Positions 58,996-64,000 of a DNA stretch of 64,000 nt are shown here, piece after piece (the first letter of the stretch is position 1; every line of letters begins with the position of its first letter). Made by a program: the position numbers and the translations under genes. Source of the DNA: Bacteroidota bacterium (GTDB taxonomy: Bacteria > Bacteroidota > Bacteroidia > Bacteroidales > UBA10428); assembly GCA_016699695.1 (NCBI GenBank), contig CP065006.1, positions 3,037,435 through 3,101,434 of the forward strand, written 5' to 3'. The notes below the pieces were generated by a model. The model had not been told where the DNA came from and did not search any database. It saw nothing but the letters and a program-made list of their open reading frames with translations.

Positions 58996-60431
58996 TTGAA
59001 TAGAATTGCGATTAATTTCTTCACATCTTTTTTTAAAAGTGCTAAAAAAACTACGCTGATAATAGTCAGTTGAATAGCAACATTCAGAACTACATGAATA
59101 GGAGCCAACCATTTATTTATCAGAATGTGAACTGATATTGATAACAGGCATGAAATAAGAAGTTTATAACATATAATTTTAAAGGGTTTATCAAAAACCG
59201 TAAGATTTGATTTTCGATACAGTAAAAAAGCTAGAATTAGGTATGCTAAAAAGGTTGTAGTTGCAGCCATTTTATAACCAAAGAGCCAGATGAGTAATAA
59301 ATTTAGGAAAATATTAACCGTGGCAGCAAAAAGAGATGTAAACATTAAGGTTTTTAAATCGTTTTTAAATTTAATTTTTAAAACTGCAAAATAATTTAAT
59401 CCAAGAATAAAGGAGCTTAAAAATATGAATGGCAATATTTGCCATGCTTCGCGAAAGCTATCTCCAAGCAAAAGAAAAACTATTTCTTTTGAGAAAATAG
59501 ATAAGATAACTGTAACTGGAAGAAATATTATGAATGAAAGCCTGAAAAAACCACTCAATATTTCATCTGAAGAGTTAGGTCTTTTATCTAGAATTTCGGT
59601 AATAAATGGATTTATTGCTGAATTAAAAACCAAAAATATCGCTGCAATGGTAACCTGTCCTATATTATAGGTTTGATTATAAATTCCGATTTTATCATAA
59701 GGTTCGAATAACAAAATAATAAAACGGTCACTTGAAATCAATAGAAACAAGCCTAGATTATAAAATAAATTGGCTGCTCCATATTTGAGAAATCTTTTGC
59801 TATGCTTAATAGTATCTAAATTGATTACCAGGTTTTTGAGAGGAGTATTATAAAGTATTAGGGGTATTATGAAGAGTATATTTATAATTGATGGAGCAAT
59901 AAAAAAAGCGTCAATTGTATAGGTGAATCTGAAAGTGAGTAACAACAATAATCCAAAAGACAAAATAGCCCTTAGACTGTTTACAATGTTATATAATCCA
60001 GCTTTTTTTTCGAGTCTTGCTGGCACAAACAGAGTCATAAAGAACTCATTGCTTATAGCATAAAAGAAACCTAATATTATTAGCCTTTTTAGAAATATAT
60101 CCTTCACAAACAATAACCAAATGGTAGATGCACCCAGAATAATTATAGCTGAAATCAGAAATAAAAGAAAGAGGGTGGAATAATAAATATTTGAAATATT
60201 AGCTTTCTTGTATTTAAGAAAATATCTCCATGCATTATTGGTGATTCCTTGGAATGATATTGCGGAAATGTATGTAAAGCTTATATATATTAAAGAATAA
60301 CTACTATATTCTTCTGGCGAAAATATTCGAGTGTAAATAGGAGATCGGACAAAAAGCGTTAACATTGGTAATGCCGTTCCGATCAGATACCAGATTAAAT
60401 CAGTTGATATTTTTTTGTTTTGATTTAGCAA
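58983..60431 (-). CDS. Oligosaccharide/polysaccharide flippase (Wzx, MOP superfamily)
   Basis: 482 aa with about 12-14 hydrophobic segments, very AT-rich, adjacent to a glycosyltransferase gene. Confidence 0.7.
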   Translation of the reverse strand: MLNQNKKISTDLIWYLIGTALPMLTLFVRSPIYTRIFSPEEYSSYSLIYISFTYISAISFQGITNNAWRYFLKYKKANISNIYYSTLFLLFLISAIIILGASTIWLLFVKDIFLKRLIILGFFYAISNEFFMTLFVPARLEKKAGLYNIVNSLRAILSFGLLLLLTFRFTYTIDAFFIAPSIINILFIIPLILYNTPLKNLVINLDTIKHSKRFLKYGAANLFYNLGLFLLISSDRFIILLFEPYDKIGIYNQTYNIGQVTIAAIFLVFNSAINPFITEILDKRPNSSDEILSGFFRLSFIIFLPVTVILSIFSKEIVFLLLGDSFREAWQILPFIFLSSFILGLNYFAVLKIKFKNDLKTLMFTSLFAATVNIFLNLLLIWLFGYKMAATTTFLAYLILAFLLYRKSNLTVFDKPFKIICYKLLISCLLSISVHILINKWLAPIHVVLNVAIQLTIISVVFLALLKKDVKKLIAILFNQEK

Positions 60432-60475
60432 TTTCGTTGATTAAATCAATAATAATTCAACCATTAAAAGGAATC

Positions 60476-61678
60476 TTAAAGAAGAAGTGTTGAATAAATG
60501 TGATACATTTTTTTTTCTGATATCTTCCAATTATAATGATTAATAGCAGCTTTATAAGCATTTTCTGATAATTCTGAATAGAGTTTTTTATCATTCAACA
60601 ATTTAATTATTGCCGAAGATATATCCGAAGGGCTTTCAGGATTTACTATTATACCAGAATTGGAAGGGTCAACAAACTTTCTTATCGGAGGAAGATTACT
60701 GCCGATAACTGGCAATCCGCAAGCCATATATTCAAATTGTTTAATTGGAATATTTTTGAAATACTTAGGAATAGGAAGTAGGGTTACCATTCCAATGCGG
60801 CAACTTCTAATATATTCTGAAACTTTTTTATGATCAATTGCATCATGTAGAATTATATTTGATTCAAGTGATAGCTTCGAAATTTTATCCCTGATTATTT
60901 TGTCAAATATTTTATCGTGTATAGTACCTAGTATAAGTAAACTGATATCTTTCTTTAAACTCCTAGTCAATGATATTGCCTCAATCAATTCCAAAATTCC
61001 TCTTTGTTTGCTAATACTTCCAACATAGCATATGTCCCATTTTTTTTCTGGCTGGTCAGTAATAATTTCATCAATCTCAGCGAAATTATATATTAAATCA
61101 GTATTAGTATTATTTCGTAACCTATTGAATTTGTTAAATGTGGCATCATCAAAGGCTATTACATAATCGTATAGTGTCGATTTCTTAATTTCCCACTTTT
61201 CAATCAAAGTTGCATAGAAAAATCTTAAGATTTTGGCTAATCCTTTTCTTTGTGTATAATCCCGAATCATATCGGGATAATCCTCATGAATACAATAAAT
61301 TAGCTTAGGTTTTTGGGGTAATTTTTTTATTTTTCTTATTATCGCATTAATCTTTAAATCATGTACTGTATATACCTGAGCATTAGTTTGCTTTATCTTT
61401 TTCAGCATTGTGTTGTAAGGCTTCTTGAAAAGGATAGTTTTAATTATTCTGTCGAAGAGAAAAATTTTGCTGTACTTCAACCTGGGTATCGATATAATTC
61501 TTATCCCTTCGTTTGAAATATAATCTTCTTCCTTGTCTGAAAACCCTATATGAATCAGGTTGAATCCGTATTTCTTTAACGAAACGGCCTCTTTCCAATA
61601 AATTCTGTCGTCAAACAAACCATGCATATCTGAAAGCATGCAAATTGTTTTCTCATTCGCTTTCATTTGCAGGTGCAT
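60476..61678 (-). CDS. Glycosyltransferase family 4 (GT-B fold)
   Basis: 400 aa with a C-terminal E..E-type block (FEYMACGLPVIGSN...SGIIV) typical of GT4. Confidence 0.8.
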   Translation of the reverse strand: MHLQMKANEKTICMLSDMHGLFDDRIYWKEAVSLKKYGFNLIHIGFSDKEEDYISNEGIRIISIPRLKYSKIFLFDRIIKTILFKKPYNTMLKKIKQTNAQVYTVHDLKINAIIRKIKKLPQKPKLIYCIHEDYPDMIRDYTQRKGLAKILRFFYATLIEKWEIKKSTLYDYVIAFDDATFNKFNRLRNNTNTDLIYNFAEIDEIITDQPEKKWDICYVGSISKQRGILELIEAISLTRSLKKDISLLILGTIHDKIFDKIIRDKISKLSLESNIILHDAIDHKKVSEYIRSCRIGMVTLLPIPKYFKNIPIKQFEYMACGLPVIGSNLPPIRKFVDPSNSGIIVNPESPSDISSAIIKLLNDKKLYSELSENAYKAAINHYNWKISEKKMYHIYSTLLL

Positions 61679-61681
61679 ACC

Positions 61682-62386
61682 TTATTGCAGATCTTCGTTT
61701 AATTTGTTTTTTCCACCCACTTCCACCACCTTCCCCTCTTCGCATTTAAGGGTTCTGGCCGGATACTTTTCGAAAAGGTTGTAGTTGTGGGTTGCCATCA
61801 CTACGGCCCTGCCGGTATGTTGTATGGCAAAGAGTATCTGCATAATCTGGTCGGAGGTTTCGGGGTCGAGATTGCCGGTGGGCTCGTCGGCCAGTATCAC
61901 TTCTGGGTCGTTGAGCAGGGCACGGGCAATCACCACCCTTTGTTGTTCACCGCCAGAGAGCTGGTGGGGCATTTTGTATCCTTTGTGCTGCAGGCCTACC
62001 TTATCAAGCACTTCTTCGATGCGCTTGTCAATCTCTTTTTTGTTTTTCCAGCCCGTGGCACCCAGCACAAACTTCAGGTTTTCGTGCACATTGCGGTCAA
62101 TCAGCAACTGAAAATCCTGAAACACAATGCCCAGGTTCCGGCGTAGCTTTGGCACCTGGTTGTTTTTAAGCTTATGCAGATGATAACCTGCCACAAAGGC
62201 CTCGCCCTGCTTCAGGGGTATTTCGGCATTGATGGTTTTTATCAGGCTGGTTTTTCCACTTCCTACCTTGCCAATTAAATACACAAACTCGTTCTTTTTT
62301 ACCTGAAAATTAACGTTGGTAAGCACCAGGTGATCTTCCTGGAAAATATTGGCTCCCTCGAAGCTGATAATGTGGTCGATTGACAT
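61682..62386 (-). CDS. ftsE: Cell-division ABC ATPase FtsE
   Basis: 234 aa with Walker [10 protein letters not shown], signature LSGGEQQRV and Walker [12 protein letters not shown]. Confidence 0.85.
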   Translation of the reverse strand: MSIDHIISFEGANIFQEDHLVLTNVNFQVKKNEFVYLIGKVGSGKTSLIKTINAEIPLKQGEAFVAGYHLHKLKNNQVPKLRRNLGIVFQDFQLLIDRNVHENLKFVLGATGWKNKKEIDKRIEEVLDKVGLQHKGYKMPHQLSGGEQQRVVIARALLNDPEVILADEPTGNLDPETSDQIMQILFAIQHTGRAVVMATHNYNLFEKYPARTLKCEEGKVVEVGGKNKLNEDLQ

Positions 62387-62522
62387 GTTTCTTGTGTATT
62401 GTGTGTAGCTATTTTACAATTTTCCTTTATATAAGTCGTCAATTGGAAAAACCAATTCATAACTACCTATGAATAAACTATTGTCTCGGTAATTTTATAT
62501 TTTGCCAGATGCCTGTAGATCT

Positions 62523-62831
62523 TTATGCTATTTCTAGTCCCGTCCTTTTTACTAAATCAATCAATGGAGAATCCTCATCGTTAATAAATCTTCTTTTTCC
62601 AACAAGATAAGGTTCAATTTTTGAATTTACTCTTCTCGTTAAACTCCAAATTTTTCCAGTCTGATAATCATCTTCGTTTTCAGTCAAAATCATAACATCA
62701 ATGTCACTATCATCGGTGGCTGTATTTGATAAATAGCTACCAAACAAATACGCTTTATCGATGGTTATTCCTTCTGAACGCAAAACAAAAATATATTTTT
62801 TCAATATCTCTACAATCTCTCTTTTAACCAT
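62523..62831 (-). CDS. Nucleotidyltransferase (MNT-type) antitoxin-like protein
   Basis: 102 aa with the FGSYLSNTATDDSDIDV minimal nucleotidyltransferase motif. It overlaps the HEPN ORF end by 22 nt. Confidence 0.8.
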   Translation of the reverse strand: MVKREIVEILKKYIFVLRSEGITIDKAYLFGSYLSNTATDDSDIDVMILTENEDDYQTGKIWSLTRRVNSKIEPYLVGKRRFINDEDSPLIDLVKRTGLEIA

Positions 62832-63189
62832 TTTAATAAGGTTTTTGTCTTTTCGAAATATTCATTTACTTTTAAAATATCTGGCAGTTCAGGGTTATAA
62901 TCAGGATATCGTCCTTGTAACTGATACTTCATTAAAATCCCCAAAAATATTTCAGTTTCATTATCAAATTCCAAATTGGTTTTTTCTAAAAGGAAAAACA
63001 AGTTGTGCGACCTCGGGGCAAGCTCACCAGAAGTCTTAACAACATGAGCTTTAATAGCCTTCTCAATCACTAAATGAAAAAAATCAATCCATGCAAAATT
63101 CGTTTTTCTCGTATTAGCAATTCAGCAGTCAATAAATCATCATCAGCCCCCTTAGTCCAATAAACAATTTGTTTTTTTATATCAATCAT
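62810..63189 (-). pseudogene. HEPN-domain toxin-like gene split by a frameshift in a T7 (plus-strand A7) run
   Basis: ATG 63189 gives MIDIKKQIVYWTKGADDDLLTAELLIREKRILHGLIFFI*. The next frame continues VIEKAIKAHV...PRSHNL... to 62810. One extra T would give a contiguous 126-aa HEPN protein. Confidence 0.7.
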
Positions 63190-63519
63190 TTTTTGTCCTT
63201 CAAAAACTCAAAGTTATTAAAAACAATCATTGATCAGATTCATTTTCATAATGTTTATATAATTACACTATGTTTAATAAAACTACAGTTAACCTCTTGA
63301 TATATAGCACCTACAGGAAGATATAAAAGGGTAAATTGTGTTCGGACTGTATAGCGTTGCTTACCTTAATTAATTACCCTTTCAAAATTTGCATAGAGCA
63401 GTTTTAGTTGTTGCAGCTTGTAAAAGTAAAAAAACAAATGATAAACCAGCAGGTTGGGTGCATGATTACAAAGAGAAGAATCTTAACCGTTTATGTTTAT
63501 TTAGACTTATTACAAATTA

Positions 63520-63529
63520 CCCCCCCCCC
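63520..63529. repeat. C10 homopolymer tract in AT-rich intergenic DNA
   Basis: Read directly from the sequence: ...ACAAATTA CCCCCCCCCC ATGCAT... Confidence 0.9.
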
Positions 63530-63883
63530 ATGCATATTTTTTAAAAATGTCTGCATATATTTACCCTGAGTGAATGCCGTTTTTAAAACCAATGGATTAA
63601 CCAGAGAGAGTATGCGGGGTGGTTTAATTTCGCTTTCTTGATGGTTTAGGATTGATGTTTTAATAAACGGTTTTTTTATGCGCTACAGTAAAAGGTCTAC
63701 GTTAGAAGCAAGAAGAATTATCAGGCAGGGTAATGCCAAACCTTTATTTTGGAGTATAACAGAACATGGTTGGATAGAAGTTAGGTGGAGTAGTATCACA
63801 AATAATATGGCTAATTATTTATCAACGGCAGATGCCGAATAAGCATATTGAGTAAACACAATTAAACCCTAAATACAATACTT

Positions 63884-64000
63884 ATGAAAAAACTAGTACT
63901 TACAAAATGGATTGCCATAATTGGCTTAGTATTTCTTGCAGGAAAACAGTTAAATGCACAATGGATTTATAATACAGCACCTATTGTATATACAACACAT
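63884..64000 (+). CDS. 5' end of a secreted protein gene (runs off the window)
   Basis: ATG followed by MKKLVLTKWIAIIGLVFLAGKQLNAQ, a signal-peptide-like sequence. The frame is open to the window end. Confidence 0.4.
   Translation, partial: MKKLVLTKWIAIIGLVFLAGKQLNAQWIYNTAPIVYTTH

Noticed and set aside
62430-62460. The CAATTGG-aaaaa-CCAATT hairpin downstream of the MNT gene as a terminator.
   Set aside because: The stem is short (6-7 bp), AT-rich and not followed by a T-run on the relevant strand. It is too weak to call.
63678-63842. The 54-codon ORF (MRYSKRSTLEARRIIRQGN...) as a real gene.
   Set aside because: It is short, has no recognisable motif and sits in AT-rich DNA where such ORFs arise by chance. 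It is mentioned in a finding but not annotated as a feature.
1-64000. CRISPR arrays, tRNA/rRNA genes, integrases, reverse transcriptases or multi-gene defence islands.
   Set aside because: No regularly spaced direct repeats, tRNA-like cloverleaf segments or matching protein motifs were seen in any intergenic region or ORF. The only defence-like elements are the two degraded TA pairs.

Overview
The window looks like chromosomal DNA from a Bacteroidota. Supporting signs are a T9SS C-terminal sorting domain on one secreted protein, propeller/Y_Y_Y-type and YfiR-like sensor kinases, lipoprotein signals, TAnnTTTG-type -7 boxes 23-36 nt upstream of several starts, and no Shine-Dalgarno dependence. 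It is densely coding and mostly housekeeping: nadE (5' partial), lhgO, a POT peptide transporter, nnr, a SulP transporter, pepD, a GH31 glycosidase, metH-metF, a long-chain acyl-CoA ligase, two adjacent phosphofructokinases, MFS/NUDIX/GT2 genes, three sensor kinases, mtaB plus a miaB-like gene behind an Fpr-type reductase, mutS2 and ftsE. Accessory content is limited. There is one IS701-family insertion sequence with perfect 21-bp terminal inverted repeats (39779-41283). There is a decayed DUF2281/PIN toxin-antitoxin pair. There is a HEPN/MNT pair whose HEPN gene is split by a homopolymer frameshift. An AT-rich block (~57.5-61.7 kb) carries glycan genes (Wzx flippase, GT4), and an AT-rich, largely non-coding tail contains a C10 tract. 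I saw no rRNA, tRNA, CRISPR array, prophage or recognisable multi-gene defence island. The best candidates for undescribed biology are three. First, a carrier-less adenylase + lipoprotein + MBOAT + SGNH-like cassette (535-5297). Second, a T9SS-secreted CotH-kinase-like protein co-oriented with an unknown multipass membrane protein and a TauE/SafE exporter (41397-45120). Third, an Fpr-MiaB-like-MtaB arrangement (49216-52757). All family assignments come from motif and pattern recognition by eye, and none was verified by a database search.
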